From the IMG/VR virus record IMGVR_UViG_2786546475_000015, positions 32,001-96,000 of that record: a stretch of 64,000 bases of DNA; one strand, 5' to 3'. The notes under the pieces are model-generated. The model ran no database searches and was not told the DNA's origin. It saw nothing but the letters and a program-made list of their open reading frames with translations. Position numbers and translations under genes: made by a program. Origin of the DNA: a virus (lineage: Duplodnaviria; Caudoviricetes). Below, one piece after another: positions 44,652 to 55,090 of this stretch. Numbering within the stretch: the first letter of the stretch is position 1; each line of letters starts with the position of its first letter.

Positions 44652-47527
44652 TATGGATTCTCTACCCAAGTAAATTTAACTGTTTCGTTTACTGGATCGG
44701 GTTCAATTCTCAAATTACCAATTTGAATATAGTTATTAACAGAGATATCATCGAATGTAGTACCAGAGATACCCGCTTTTTCATCGATTTGTTCTTGTAA
44801 TAACCTAACCACATTAGCGGTAGCCGCTTGTGTTTGGCTTGTACTGTCTACTGCGTTATTCAGTTGAACAATACCTTGTTGAGAAGTTGTAGCCGATGGT
44901 ACACTTTTCAGTTTGTTAAAATTAATTTTAGCGTCTGATTCAATAACTGTTGTACTATTAACAGCATAACCAGCGCTTGAACGTAGTAAACCACTTGTAT
45001 TAGACGAGAATAGTTCGGTATAATCCGTACCATTACTTGAATAATCAAATACAAAACGTCCATCAAAACCAATTCTAGAACGCGTGTAATGTGCGTTATT
45101 GCGATTTAAACCATAACTTGGTGTATTATCAGCAGTAGATTTAACTGACATTAAACCAGTTGTGTTTTGTACTAATAAATCACCGTTTATAGTATCGCCT
45201 TGGTTTGATACGTACGTATTATCTAGTGTTTTACCGTTTTGTGTTATTACACCACTAACTAATGTATCAGTAACGTTTAAATTACCATCTACGTCTACAC
45301 CAGTTGCGGTCGTCGCTAACCTTTGAGTACCATTGTATCGTAAGTTAACAGCACCGTTTGTGGTTACGTCGAAATTAGATACAAATGAACCTGTATTATC
45401 ATCACCAATACGGAATGTTTGACTAACGCCTGTTAGACGTACATCACCATCGGCTGAACGAATTAATGAAAATGTTTCACTATCATCGCCGTTGTTGAAT
45501 ATTAGTCCTTTGTTTTCTGTAATAGTTAACGAACCATTTAATCGGTCGTCTACATCACTACGTAAGAAACTAGTACTATCGATACCATCTAACAATTCGC
45601 TATCTACGGCTTTAGCCCCACTTGGTAAGAAGTAAGTTAAAGCGTGATTTAATGTACGCGGTGTTACCACAAATCCGCTATGATCGTAATCATCTACGGC
45701 TTGAGAACTACCGTTAACGTTATCACCGATGAACGCACCACCTTTCGTACTTGTTTGAACAGTACCACGATAAGATTGCGAACTAATCGCGTTTGTACTT
45801 GTTCTAGTCCAACGTAATAACTTAGCAGGGGTAATCGCGTTTGTGTCGTTAGTACCCGCGTCTGTTTCTGTATTATCAGCAATTTCTAATACACCCGCTA
45901 ATGTTGTTGTAGCGCGTCTTGCATCCAACTTCTTAGGTGTGATAATATGTGTATCGTTGGTATTACTATTAGCTTCTGTTTGTGTAGCTACTTCTGCTAG
46001 ACCGCGAATTGTTTCCGTAGCTTGTCTACTATTTAGCAATTCTGGTGTTACAATCGCGTCATTAGCGAAAGAACCTGATGTAGCAACTTGTAATTCCGAT
46101 GATGTAGCTAAACGTGTTAAACCACGACGAGTAGTTGTAGACGTTCTATTAGCTAGTGTTAACGGGGTTACCGCACTATCATCAATCGGACTATCTTCAT
46201 AGTTTTTATTAACTTCTGTTTGTGTAGCTAATGGGATGATACCCGCACGATTACGATAATTTTCATCAACTTTATCTATACGATAACTGATAATATCGAT
46301 AGTCCAGCAATCGTTATCCTCACAATACGTCAAACGCAATGTAGGAGAACTAAAGTCACTGACTAGAGTAATACTGGTACTTTGCGTTAATTCGCCTTCT
46401 GTTGGTACGTCAGAGAACTTATTCTTGATGTATTTGTTGATATCACCAAGGATTGTGTGTGGTGTATTCGGATCACAATTAATAGTAATCGATGCACCCA
46501 CATAACTATAAGTATTAGTCAATTCGATGAAGTCGCCATTGTTAGCGTCTTTTGGTAACGTAATGTTAATAGCACTTGTTGGTGATGTATGACGAACCGC
46601 GATATGCTCTAATGGTTTAGCGACATAATCAGACGTAATGATATTAGTACGTGTACGGATATCCGCATCAAATACACGCCAACGGTTTTGCGTTTTATCA
46701 AATACAACCGCACCCCAACCAATAGTATTAAACGTTTTTTCTGTTGTCGTACTATTATCGATTGTATGTGTACTATCTGGATGTACTTTTAAAACAGTAC
46801 CGTTAATCGAAGCTAATCCATCGATATCGTAAGTTTCAAACAAATCACCATCTTCTGCATAACGTGGTAACGTCAATACGAATTGACCAGTTGATGAACG
46901 ACGATAAAGTTTTTCGCTTGCTGTAATCTGGATGTTACCCGCATTGGCTACGCGTGAGTTACCACGATCCTGAATAGAAACTACCCATTCAGCACCATTA
47001 AAGATAAAGATATACAATGCTTTTTTCTTAGTAATAATAAACTCATTACCAAAACCATTGATCGTAATAGAACTAGTTACACTTGCTTTAAGTGTAGCGA
47101 TATCACCACCTTCATCTTGGACAGCAATAATTTCACCGTCTAATGGTGATGTAGGTAATTCAATAGTAATAGGGTTACTTTGGTTTTTGATCAAGTAACG
47201 ATTACCAGCGGTAGCCGCGATTGTTCCTTGTGTTTCTCGGATAAATGGCGTGTCTGTACGAACCGCAGACCATAAATCTGGATCAAACGCACCCGCAGGA
47301 GCGCTGATATCTGATTTAGCAGACCACAATCTGTTTTCTCGGATAATGACGAACCCGCTTTTATACGATCTAGTAGGATCGTAATCCTGAACTGTGTTAT
47401 TTTCTGTATAGTATGATACGTTAACCGCATCTTTGTTTTCGCCGTTTCGTGGATCGCCTAGATTTACTAGAGGATTGTCAGATCCATCGAAACCCGAAAG
47501 TGATTTAAAAGGTTTTTTAATAGCCAT
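44651..47527 (-). CDS. 34: Long tail fibre proximal subunit
   Basis: KKPFK..SG.D...VN.G...DAVNV.Y..ENNTVQ.YDPTR.Y; repeated RGL...AT..E...TP.L motifs; C-terminal IGNLRIEPDPVNETVKFTWVE; divergent from rnh. Confidence 0.93.
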   Translation of the reverse strand: MAIKKPFKSLSGFDGSDNPLVNLGDPRNGENKDAVNVSYYTENNTVQDYDPTRSYKSGFVIIRENRLWSAKSDISAPAGAFDPDLWSAVRTDTPFIRETQGTIAATAGNRYLIKNQSNPITIELPTSPLDGEIIAVQDEGGDIATLKASVTSSITINGFGNEFIITKKKALYIFIFNGAEWVVSIQDRGNSRVANAGNIQITASEKLYRRSSTGQFVLTLPRYAEDGDLFETYDIDGLASINGTVLKVHPDSTHTIDNSTTTEKTFNTIGWGAVVFDKTQNRWRVFDADIRTRTNIITSDYVAKPLEHIAVRHTSPTSAINITLPKDANNGDFIELTNTYSYVGASITINCDPNTPHTILGDINKYIKNKFSDVPTEGELTQSTSITLVSDFSSPTLRLTYCEDNDCWTIDIISYRIDKVDENYRNRAGIIPLATQTEVNKNYEDSPIDDSAVTPLTLANRTSTTTRRGLTRLATSSELQVATSGSFANDAIVTPELLNSRQATETIRGLAEVATQTEANSNTNDTHIITPKKLDARRATTTLAGVLEIADNTETDAGTNDTNAITPAKLLRWTRTSTNAISSQSYRGTVQTSTKGGAFIGDNVNGSSQAVDDYDHSGFVVTPRTLNHALTYFLPSGAKAVDSELLDGIDSTSFLRSDVDDRLNGSLTITENKGLIFNNGDDSETFSLIRSADGDVRLTGVSQTFRIGDDNTGSFVSNFDVTTNGAVNLRYNGTQRLATTATGVDVDGNLNVTDTLVSGVITQNGKTLDNTYVSNQGDTINGDLLVQNTTGLMSVKSTADNTPSYGLNRNNAHYTRSRIGFDGRFVFDYSSNGTDYTELFSSNTSGLLRSSAGYAVNSTTVIESDAKINFNKLKSVPSATTSQQGIVQLNNAVDSTSQTQAATANVVRLLQEQIDEKAGISGTTFDDISVNNYIQIGNLRIEPDPVNETVKFTWVENP

Positions 47528-47597
47528 TATGTAAATCCGTTTTTATTGTTAAAATGTGTGATATTATGTATCTGTATTTATTTAGTGAGGTAAATTT

Positions 47598-48500
47598 ATG
47601 CTAGACGATCTAGATGACGGAATGAAACAAGGTGTACATCTTGTCGATTTCAGTCAAATTATGATTTCGAGCGTTATGGCGGCGTTCGATGAAGGCGAAC
47701 CGATTACGGTTCAAGATATCAGAAAAGTATTTTTGAATGTCTTAAAACACAACGTCATAAAACGTAAAAAAGAATATCCTATTGTAGTAATCGCTTTTGA
47801 TGATAAACGTGGTGGTTATTGGCGTGAAAAGATTCACCCAACGTATAAAGCAACACGTAAAAATAAGCAAAAGAAAACCAAATGGGATTGGGATACGATT
47901 CACGAAGCTATGGGTACTATTCGCGATGAATTAAAAGAATATTTCCCATATATCACAATTTCAGTTCGTGGTGTTGAAGCGGATGATATCATCGCAACAT
48001 TAACTAAGACGTTATCAAGTAACCATAATATATTTATTACTGGTGCAGATGGTGATTTCGCACAATTACAAGTTTTTCCTAATGTTCGACAATGGAATCC
48101 TATTCACGAAAAATGGGTGAAACCTAAAACGGGTGATCCGCGTACTGATTTATTAACCAAATTAATTAAAGGTGATACTAAAGACTCTATCCCGAATATT
48201 AAATGTCCTATCGATTGGTATGATGTTAAAGAGGAAGGTAAACGCGCACCATCAATTACTAAAAAGTTCTTGAAGCCTATTTTTGAAGCTGATAACCCAC
48301 AAGAACTATTGGAAGGTGATGAACTGGATAGATTTCAACAAAACGAAAAATTAATTAGTTTTGAATTTATTCCAGAACATATTCAATCGGAAATTATTGA
48401 ATTATACGAAAATACTAAACCAGCACCTAAATCGAAGTTGCATAAGTATTTCGTAAAAAATAGATTGACAGATTATATGGCAGAAGCGGGTAGTTTTTAA
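47598..48500 (+). CDS. rnh: RNase H / 5'-3' exonuclease
   Basis: LVDFSQI, GYWR..I..YK..R, EADDIIA, DGDF.QL, KGD.KD.I. Confidence 0.95.
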   Translation: MLDDLDDGMKQGVHLVDFSQIMISSVMAAFDEGEPITVQDIRKVFLNVLKHNVIKRKKEYPIVVIAFDDKRGGYWREKIHPTYKATRKNKQKKTKWDWDTIHEAMGTIRDELKEYFPYITISVRGVEADDIIATLTKTLSSNHNIFITGADGDFAQLQVFPNVRQWNPIHEKWVKPKTGDPRTDLLTKLIKGDTKDSIPNIKCPIDWYDVKEEGKRAPSITKKFLKPIFEADNPQELLEGDELDRFQQNEKLISFEFIPEHIQSEIIELYENTKPAPKSKLHKYFVKNRLTDYMAEAGSF

Positions 48501-48784
48501 TGAAAACAGAAGTAGTAGTAGAAACATTTCCATTGACTAACGCGAAAAAACAACAAATTAGTCTGGAAATCGAATGTATAAAAGAAACATACGACGAGTA
48601 TACTTATATAGAATCAGTGTTAGAATGGTGTGATGTTAATGATGTTGATGTAACAGAAATTAAGAAATACATCAATGAGACATTGATTAGAAAAATTGAG
48701 GTAGAAGCTAAAGATGCAAACCTTATTAAAAATAAAGACACCGCCAAATCCAAAAAGGATGATCAATGGCTTTTCGGTGTTTAA
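48500..48784 (+). CDS. 33: Late transcription coactivator gp33
   Basis: TY.E.V..W...D......K.I...LI.KI..EA...NLI; located between rnh and 59. Confidence 0.85.
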   Translation: MKTEVVVETFPLTNAKKQQISLEIECIKETYDEYTYIESVLEWCDVNDVDVTEIKKYINETLIRKIEVEAKDANLIKNKDTAKSKKDDQWLFGV

Positions 48785-49358
48785 ATTATATGTTGCATTA
48801 AAAGCCCACTTTAAAGGTACATTCGACGTAGAAAAATATCATTGGAATATGAAAGTATCGGTTAATGCTTACAGAAAGAGAAAAGACCGATACTTCTTTG
48901 ATAAATTATCTGACAAATATAATATCAGAGAATTAACCATGATATTCGCGTTTAATTTCTTATCTAATGATAATGCATGGGCTGGCGACTTAGTAGATTC
49001 CGATGCTATATCATTTTTTAGAAAACGCGAAGGTGAAGTTAACAACGCTTACAACATGTTCAAAGATGATCTAGAGAACATGATATATTTTTGTCGTAAA
49101 CGTGAAATTAATTTCAAAAAAATGTTCGATTGGGATGATAATCATCCTATAATATTTAAGATGCTTCAACAAGACGCTATAAGCTATGAAACGTTTGTGA
49201 TAATCGACACCATAGGAAAATTTACCCATAAGTGGGATAACACTGATGTTATATGGAACGAATACAGAAAACGTATCGAAGCTTATAAGAAAATTTTAAG
49301 CATAAATACTAATACTTGCAGAGAATTGTTCAAGTATACACTTAAAACAGCTATCTAA
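48714..49358 (+). CDS. 59: Helicase loader gp59
   Basis: NG.SV.KLY..LK.HF.G..DV.KY.W...AY.KR.D.YFF.KLS.KY; ISYETF. Confidence 0.93.
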   Translation: MQTLLKIKTPPNPKRMINGFSVFKLYVALKAHFKGTFDVEKYHWNMKVSVNAYRKRKDRYFFDKLSDKYNIRELTMIFAFNFLSNDNAWAGDLVDSDAISFFRKREGEVNNAYNMFKDDLENMIYFCRKREINFKKMFDWDDNHPIIFKMLQQDAISYETFVIIDTIGKFTHKWDNTDVIWNEYRKRIEAYKKILSINTNTCRELFKYTLKTAI

Positions 49359-49403
49359 CAGTATAACTAATTTTTAACTATTTTACAACTAAGGTATTAA
49401 CTT

Positions 49404-50336
49404 ATGGGATTCAAAAGAAGTAACATATCTAAAATCCAAAATCAACTAGATAACATGACTTCTAGTAACAACTACGAAGATAAAGATGAATGGAAACTTG
49501 CCACCGATTCAGCGGGAAATGGTAATGCCATTATCCGATTCTTACCAAGTAAAGATGATGACAGTCTACCGTTTGTTAAAATTTACACACACGGATTTAA
49601 TCATAAAGGTCAATGGTTTGTTGAGAATTGCCCTACCACACTTAATAAAGATGGTGAAACGCTTAAATGTCCAGTATGCGAATCTAACAGTGAATTATGG
49701 AATACTGAATTAGAAGCCAACAAAGATATTGCACGTGATCGTAAGCGTAATCTTTCTTATTGGTCTAATATCATGGTTATTAAGGATAGTAAAAATCCCG
49801 AAAACGAAGGTAAAGTATTCAAATACCGTTTTGGTTCTAAGATCATGGAAAAAATTCAGAAAGCGGCGAACCCACCAGAAGAATTAGGTGATGATCCAGT
49901 TGATGTTACTTGTGTTTTTGATGGTGCAGATTTCTTCTTGTCTACTAAGAAAGTTAGCGGTTATCAAAATTATGATGACTCGCAATTTAAATCGCCAAAA
50001 CCGATTAAGAATATCGATGATGAAGAATATCAAGATGAATTGATGAAACAAATGCACGATTTGAATAAAATTGTTGCGCCAGATCAGTTTAAATCTTATA
50101 ATGATCTTAAAAAACGATTAGACCGTGTTATTGGTGAAACTAAGTCAGCTTCAAAAGCAACGGCTGATGCGGAAAAAGAACTAGACGATTTCGATACAGA
50201 ATTAAATTCTGCTAAGAATGAAGGTAGTGTAGATGATGACGTTTTTGATGATGACGTTAGCGATTCCGTTGATTCGTCTGCTGATGTTGACGATGACGAT
50301 TTAGATGATCTATTAGATGGTTTAGACGAAGATTAA
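49404..50336 (+). CDS. 32: Single-stranded DNA-binding protein gp32
   Basis: EWKL..D..GNG.A.IRFLP, HGF, ENCP...CPVC zinc site, acidic C-terminal tail. Confidence 0.97.
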   Translation: MGFKRSNISKIQNQLDNMTSSNNYEDKDEWKLATDSAGNGNAIIRFLPSKDDDSLPFVKIYTHGFNHKGQWFVENCPTTLNKDGETLKCPVCESNSELWNTELEANKDIARDRKRNLSYWSNIMVIKDSKNPENEGKVFKYRFGSKIMEKIQKAANPPEELGDDPVDVTCVFDGADFFLSTKKVSGYQNYDDSQFKSPKPIKNIDDEEYQDELMKQMHDLNKIVAPDQFKSYNDLKKRLDRVIGETKSASKATADAEKELDDFDTELNSAKNEGSVDDDVFDDDVSDSVDSSADVDDDDLDDLLDGLDED

Positions 50337-50338
50337 TT

Positions 50339-50362
50339 AAGGGGGCTTTCGCCCCCTTTTTT
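50339..50362 (+). terminator. Intrinsic terminator after gene 32
   Basis: aagggggc-tttc-gccccctt plus T-run. Confidence 0.85.
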
Positions 50363-50375
50363 GACCGAGGAATAT

Positions 50376-51218
50376 ATGAAAGAATATAAAGAAGTATTAG
50401 AATATACACTCAAACATGGTTCTATGAAAAATAATAGAACTGATTACAAAACTTTATCTACTAACGCATATCTAAGTAGAATGGATGTTAGTGATTCATT
50501 TCCAGCTACAACAATTAAAAAGATTGCATGGAAACCAGCGGTAGGTGAATTCCTATGGATGGTAAGTAGTTCAACAAATGTCAATGATTTACGAGAGATT
50601 ACTTATGGTAAGGGTTCTGATAAAAAGACTATTTGGGATGCTAACTACGAACATCAAGGTAAAAATTTAGGTTATGTAGACGGTTATATGGGTAAAATTT
50701 ATGGTCACCAATGGCGTAAAGGTAAATTCGATCAGTTACAACGCGTGATCGATAAGATTCGTACTATTGGCGATGATCGTAGATTATTAGTTAATTCATG
50801 GAATATCGACGATTTAGAAACGATGGTAGTACCACCATGTCACTACGCGTATCAATTTTATGTAGATGGTGATAAATTAAGCCTATCGTACGTCATGCGC
50901 TCTACTGATTTAGGTCTAGGCTTACCCTTTGATAATGTACTTTATGGGCTTCTGCTTTATGTAGTCGCACAAATGACAGGTAAAAAACCGCACATGCTGA
51001 ACTTTATTAATTCTGGCGATATTCATATTTATGAAAATCATATCGATGCGGTAAAAGAAATGTTAAAACGTGAACCTTATCCAGCACCGAAACTAAATAT
51101 TAAAACACCGTTCGATCAAAATTCTACGTTGGAAGATGTAGTAAAGAGTGGTGTAGAAAACTTTGAATTAGTTGACTATAAATGTCACCCACGTATAAAG
51201 ATGGACATGGCGGTATGA
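50376..51218 (+). CDS. td: Thymidylate synthase homolog with Asp at the Asn177-equivalent site
   Basis: TTIKKIAWK, YG.QWR, RRLLV.SWN, PPCH, RSTD..LGLPF-D, GDIHIYENH, MAV C-terminus; no intron. Confidence 0.92.
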   Translation: MKEYKEVLEYTLKHGSMKNNRTDYKTLSTNAYLSRMDVSDSFPATTIKKIAWKPAVGEFLWMVSSSTNVNDLREITYGKGSDKKTIWDANYEHQGKNLGYVDGYMGKIYGHQWRKGKFDQLQRVIDKIRTIGDDRRLLVNSWNIDDLETMVVPPCHYAYQFYVDGDKLSLSYVMRSTDLGLGLPFDNVLYGLLLYVVAQMTGKKPHMLNFINSGDIHIYENHIDAVKEMLKREPYPAPKLNIKTPFDQNSTLEDVVKSGVENFELVDYKCHPRIKMDMAV

Positions 51219-51622
51219 CGAAAGAAGAAAAACGAAAATATACCACAAAAATTGTACTTAGAACAATTGGTGTAATCGCATTACTAGGTTATTGTTTATT
51301 ATTCCTGTATGTAAACTATAATACCGAACGTAAGGGTATTACTAGTACACATGATTGGACATACCAAGGAATCGAAATTGTTCCGCATGTCTACCCAAGT
51401 AAAGCCGAAGTGAATGAAGCGTATAAAGTATGGGTTAGTAGTCAAGGTTACAACTACGACCACCAAGAACGTGTTGGGTGGGCTACGTGGAGTGACGATA
51501 ACTATTGCGAAGTTCATTTTCCTAGAATAAAAAACGAAAACGATAAAGAAACATTAGAAATAATTGGTCATGAAATTGCCCATTGTTTCTATGGAAATTG
51601 GCATAAAGAGGTTAGTAAATGA
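51215..51622 (+). CDS. Membrane-anchored HEXXH metalloprotease-like protein
   Basis: N-terminal TM helix; C-terminal GHEIAHCFYGNWH. Confidence 0.65.
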   Translation: MTKEEKRKYTTKIVLRTIGVIALLGYCLLFLYVNYNTERKGITSTHDWTYQGIEIVPHVYPSKAEVNEAYKVWVSSQGYNYDHQERVGWATWSDDNYCEVHFPRIKNENDKETLEIIGHEIAHCFYGNWHKEVSK

Positions 51623-53871
51623 GAGTTACTAAAAGTTCTGGTATCACACAAGAGTATGACGAAGATAAAATTTTAAATGTTATTAAGTGGGCTTCATATG
51701 ATTGTGAAATTGACCATAACAGTATCTTAGAAGAATTAAACCAATACATGTATGATGGTGTTTCTACGAAATCAATCCACAAAAATTTAGTAAAAATCTG
51801 TGCTGATAAGATTTCAGTTAACACACCAGAATATCAATATGTTGCCGCAAGAACATTGATGTTTGGTTTACGTAAAGATGTATACGGTTGTTTTCAACCA
51901 CCTAAACTATACGACCATATTAAGCATAAAACTATTATAGGCGTATACGACAAAGAAATTTTACAAAAATACTCAAAAGAAGAAATAGATTTACTCGACG
52001 AATACATCGATCATGATAAAGATTTTGATTTAAGTTATGCGGGCGCGATGCAACTTAAAGAGAAATATCTAGTGAAAGACCGTTCTACTGGTGAAATTTT
52101 CGAAACTCCGCAGTTTGGTTATATGTTAATGTCTATGTGTTTACACCAAGAAGAAGATATTACCAAGCGTATTGAACGTGTTGTTAAGTTTTATGATGTG
52201 GTTTCTAAAAAGAAATCGAGTATGCCTACACCAATTATGGCGGGTGTACGTACACCGACCAGACAATTTAGTTCGTGTGTGTTAATTGATAGTGGTGATG
52301 ACTTAGAAAGTATTAACGAAACTTCATCGGCTATCGTTAATTATATTTCTAAACGTGCGGGTATCGGTATTAATGGTGGTCGTATTCGTGCGGAAGGTTC
52401 ACGAATTCGTTCTGGTGAAGTACGTCATACTGGTGTTATCCCATTTTGGAAATACTTTCATGCCGCGACTAAAAGTTGTAGCCAAGGTGGTGTTCGCGGT
52501 GGAGCGGCAACTATTTATTACCCATTATGGCATTTAGAAGCAGAAAAATTATTAGTTCTTAAAAATAATCGTGGTGTTGATGAAAATCGTATTCGTCAAA
52601 TGGATTATGGTGTTCAGATTAATCGACTTATGTATGAACGTCTAGTTAATAACGATTATATTACGCTATTCAGTCCTGATGTTGCGAATGGTAAACTATA
52701 CGAATATTATTTTTCTGATCCAGATAGATTTAAACAAGTATATGAAGCTCTAGAAGCCGATACAACGGTACGAAAGAAAAGAGTAAGAGCATTAGAGCTA
52801 TTTTCTAATTTAATGCTTGAGCGTTCTAGTACGGCGCGTATTTACATACAAAATGTAGATAATGTAAACCAAAATAGTCCGTTCCAAGAACCTATCTATC
52901 AAAGTAATTTATGCGCCGAAATCGCGTTACCTACATCACCTATTATGAAAGATAGTGGTGAAATCGCATTGTGTACATTGGCGGCATTTAACTTAGGCGA
53001 ATTAGAATACGACGAAATTGATGATGTAGCGCTTACAGTGGTTCGTGCATTAGATAACCTATTAGATTATCAACATTATCCAGTAAAACAAGCGGAAAGG
53101 GCTAAACTACGTAGAAGTTTGGGTATCGGTGTAATCAATTACGCATATTTCTTAGCTAAAAACTTTACTAGTTACAGCGAAGATGATTCTAAAGAATTGA
53201 CGCATGTTTGGTTTGAAAAGATTCAGTACGCATTAATTCGTGCTAGTATGTTACTTGCTAAAGAAAAAGGTAGTTGTGGTGACTTTGATAAAACTACATA
53301 CGCTCAAGGTATTTTACCTATCGACCGTTACAATAAAAATGTAGATAAATTGACCGACAATAAGCTATATTGCGATTGGGAAAGTTTACGACAAGATATC
53401 ATGCGTTATGGTATGCGTAATAGTACTTTATCCGCATTAATGCCTAGTGAGTCAAGTTCACAAGTCCATAACGCTACAAATGGTATTGAACCGCCACTTG
53501 GTAGAGTTAGTGTAAAGGGTTCTAAAGATGGTGTATTTAATCAAGTAGTTCCAGAAGTTGATACATTAGGCGATGAATATGAATATGCGTGGGAATTAGC
53601 CGCTAAGGGTAATAAAGGATATATCGAAAAAGTAGCTATCATGCAAAAATTTGTGGATCAAACGATTTCATCTAATACACGTTATGATCCGTCGATTTAT
53701 CCTGATAATAAAGTTCCTATGAATGTTATGCTTAAAGATTTATTAACATGCAACCATTACGGAGTCAAAACTTTATACTACCACAATACACGCGATGGGG
53801 CTGATGGTTCGGAAAGTACAGAAGAAGTTGAAGTCGTTAGAGATAGCGACTGCGATACATGCAAGGTGTAA
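51619..53871 (+). CDS. nrdA: Class Ia ribonucleotide reductase alpha subunit
   Basis: ATP cone, PTPIMAGVRTPTRQFSSC, SQGGVRGG, SNLCAEI, LYYHN, C-terminal CxxC. Confidence 0.98.
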   Translation: MRVTKSSGITQEYDEDKILNVIKWASYDCEIDHNSILEELNQYMYDGVSTKSIHKNLVKICADKISVNTPEYQYVAARTLMFGLRKDVYGCFQPPKLYDHIKHKTIIGVYDKEILQKYSKEEIDLLDEYIDHDKDFDLSYAGAMQLKEKYLVKDRSTGEIFETPQFGYMLMSMCLHQEEDITKRIERVVKFYDVVSKKKSSMPTPIMAGVRTPTRQFSSCVLIDSGDDLESINETSSAIVNYISKRAGIGINGGRIRAEGSRIRSGEVRHTGVIPFWKYFHAATKSCSQGGVRGGAATIYYPLWHLEAEKLLVLKNNRGVDENRIRQMDYGVQINRLMYERLVNNDYITLFSPDVANGKLYEYYFSDPDRFKQVYEALEADTTVRKKRVRALELFSNLMLERSSTARIYIQNVDNVNQNSPFQEPIYQSNLCAEIALPTSPIMKDSGEIALCTLAAFNLGELEYDEIDDVALTVVRALDNLLDYQHYPVKQAERAKLRRSLGIGVINYAYFLAKNFTSYSEDDSKELTHVWFEKIQYALIRASMLLAKEKGSCGDFDKTTYAQGILPIDRYNKNVDKLTDNKLYCDWESLRQDIMRYGMRNSTLSALMPSESSSQVHNATNGIEPPLGRVSVKGSKDGVFNQVVPEVDTLGDEYEYAWELAAKGNKGYIEKVAIMQKFVDQTISSNTRYDPSIYPDNKVPMNVMLKDLLTCNHYGVKTLYYHNTRDGADGSESTEEVEVVRDSDCDTCKV

Positions 53872-53874
53872 TTA

Positions 53875-55014
53875 ATGACAGTATTTAATCAAGCTAACGT
53901 TGATCATTTGAATCAACCTATGTTTTTTGGTGAAGAATTGGGTATAGCCCGATTCGACACCTACAAGCATTCACAATTTGAGAAGTTAACAGAAAAACAA
54001 CTTTCATTCTTTTGGCGTCCAGAAGAAATTGATGTTTCTAGAGACGCAATCGATTATAGTAAGTTATCAGAAGCGGAACAACACGTGTTCACCGCTAATT
54101 TAAAGTATCAGACGTTATTAGATAGTGTACAAGGTCGCGCACCGAGTGTAGCGTTTTTACCTATCGTTAGTGATACTGCGTTAGAGAACTGGATCGAAAC
54201 TTGGTCTTTTAGTGAAACTATTCATTCACGCTCTTATACTCATATTATGCGAAATGTTTACAACGATCCATCAAAAGAGTTTGATAATATCGTTAGTAAT
54301 CAAGAAATTATGAAACGTGCTAGTGTAGTGACTAAACATTATGATGAATTAATCGCGGTAGCTAGGAAATGGAATGATTTAGTCGAGACGACTAATTGGG
54401 ATAAAGACGAAACGTTGACGGATATAGAAGAATTGCTACGTAGAAAGTGTAAAGAAAAACTTTACCTTACTATGATGGCTGTTAATATCTTAGAAGCTAT
54501 TAGATTCTATGTAAGTTTCGCGTGTTCGTTTAATTTCGCAGAAAATCAATTGATGGAAGGTAACGCTAAAATCATCAAGCTAATCGCACGTGACGAAGCG
54601 CTACATCTAAAGGGTACTCAATATATCTTGCAACAATGGCATCGTGGTAAAGACGATCCAGATATGCACGATATAGCAGAAGAACTTAGACCAGAAGCGA
54701 CACAATTATTCTTAGATGCTGTTAAACAAGAAAAATCGTGGGCTGAATATTTGTTTAGTTTTGGGTCTATTCGCGGATTGAGTTACAAAAAATTATGTGA
54801 ATATATCGAGTATGTCGCAGATCATCGTATGCGTTCGGTTGGTTTAGATAGTCCGTTCCAACGTAAAAAAGAAAATCCTTTACCTTGGATGCAGAAATGG
54901 TTGAATAGTGATGCGGTACAAATCGCACCACAAGAAGCCGAAATATCTAGTTATTTAATCAATCAAGTCGATCAAAACGTTGATGTGACCGATTTATCTA
55001 AATACGAATATTAA
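53875..55014 (+). CDS. nrdB: Class Ia ribonucleotide reductase beta subunit
   Basis: FFWRPEE, LLDSVQGR, ETIHSRSYTHI, EAIRFYVSF, RDEALH, APQE. Confidence 0.98.
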   Translation: MTVFNQANVDHLNQPMFFGEELGIARFDTYKHSQFEKLTEKQLSFFWRPEEIDVSRDAIDYSKLSEAEQHVFTANLKYQTLLDSVQGRAPSVAFLPIVSDTALENWIETWSFSETIHSRSYTHIMRNVYNDPSKEFDNIVSNQEIMKRASVVTKHYDELIAVARKWNDLVETTNWDKDETLTDIEELLRRKCKEKLYLTMMAVNILEAIRFYVSFACSFNFAENQLMEGNAKIIKLIARDEALHLKGTQYILQQWHRGKDDPDMHDIAEELRPEATQLFLDAVKQEKSWAEYLFSFGSIRGLSYKKLCEYIEYVADHRMRSVGLDSPFQRKKENPLPWMQKWLNSDAVQIAPQEAEISSYLINQVDQNVDVTDLSKYEY

Positions 55015-55090
55015 TTTTCGGAAGCCCTTGCGTAAGCAGGGGCTTTTTGTTATCATGGGTTTGTTGAAACGATTTAAGGAGTTTTTATGA
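55010..55090 (+). promoter_or_regulatory. Fused terminator-promoter-RBS cassette, copy C
   Basis: TTGCGT 55028, 17 bp, TATCAT 55051, with the -35 inside the terminator stem; starts at the nrdB stop. Confidence 0.9.

Noticed and set aside
50376-55014. Group I introns, inteins or homing endonucleases in td, nrdA or nrdB
   Set aside because: All three are continuous and of normal length. The only GIY-YIG protein matches DenA.
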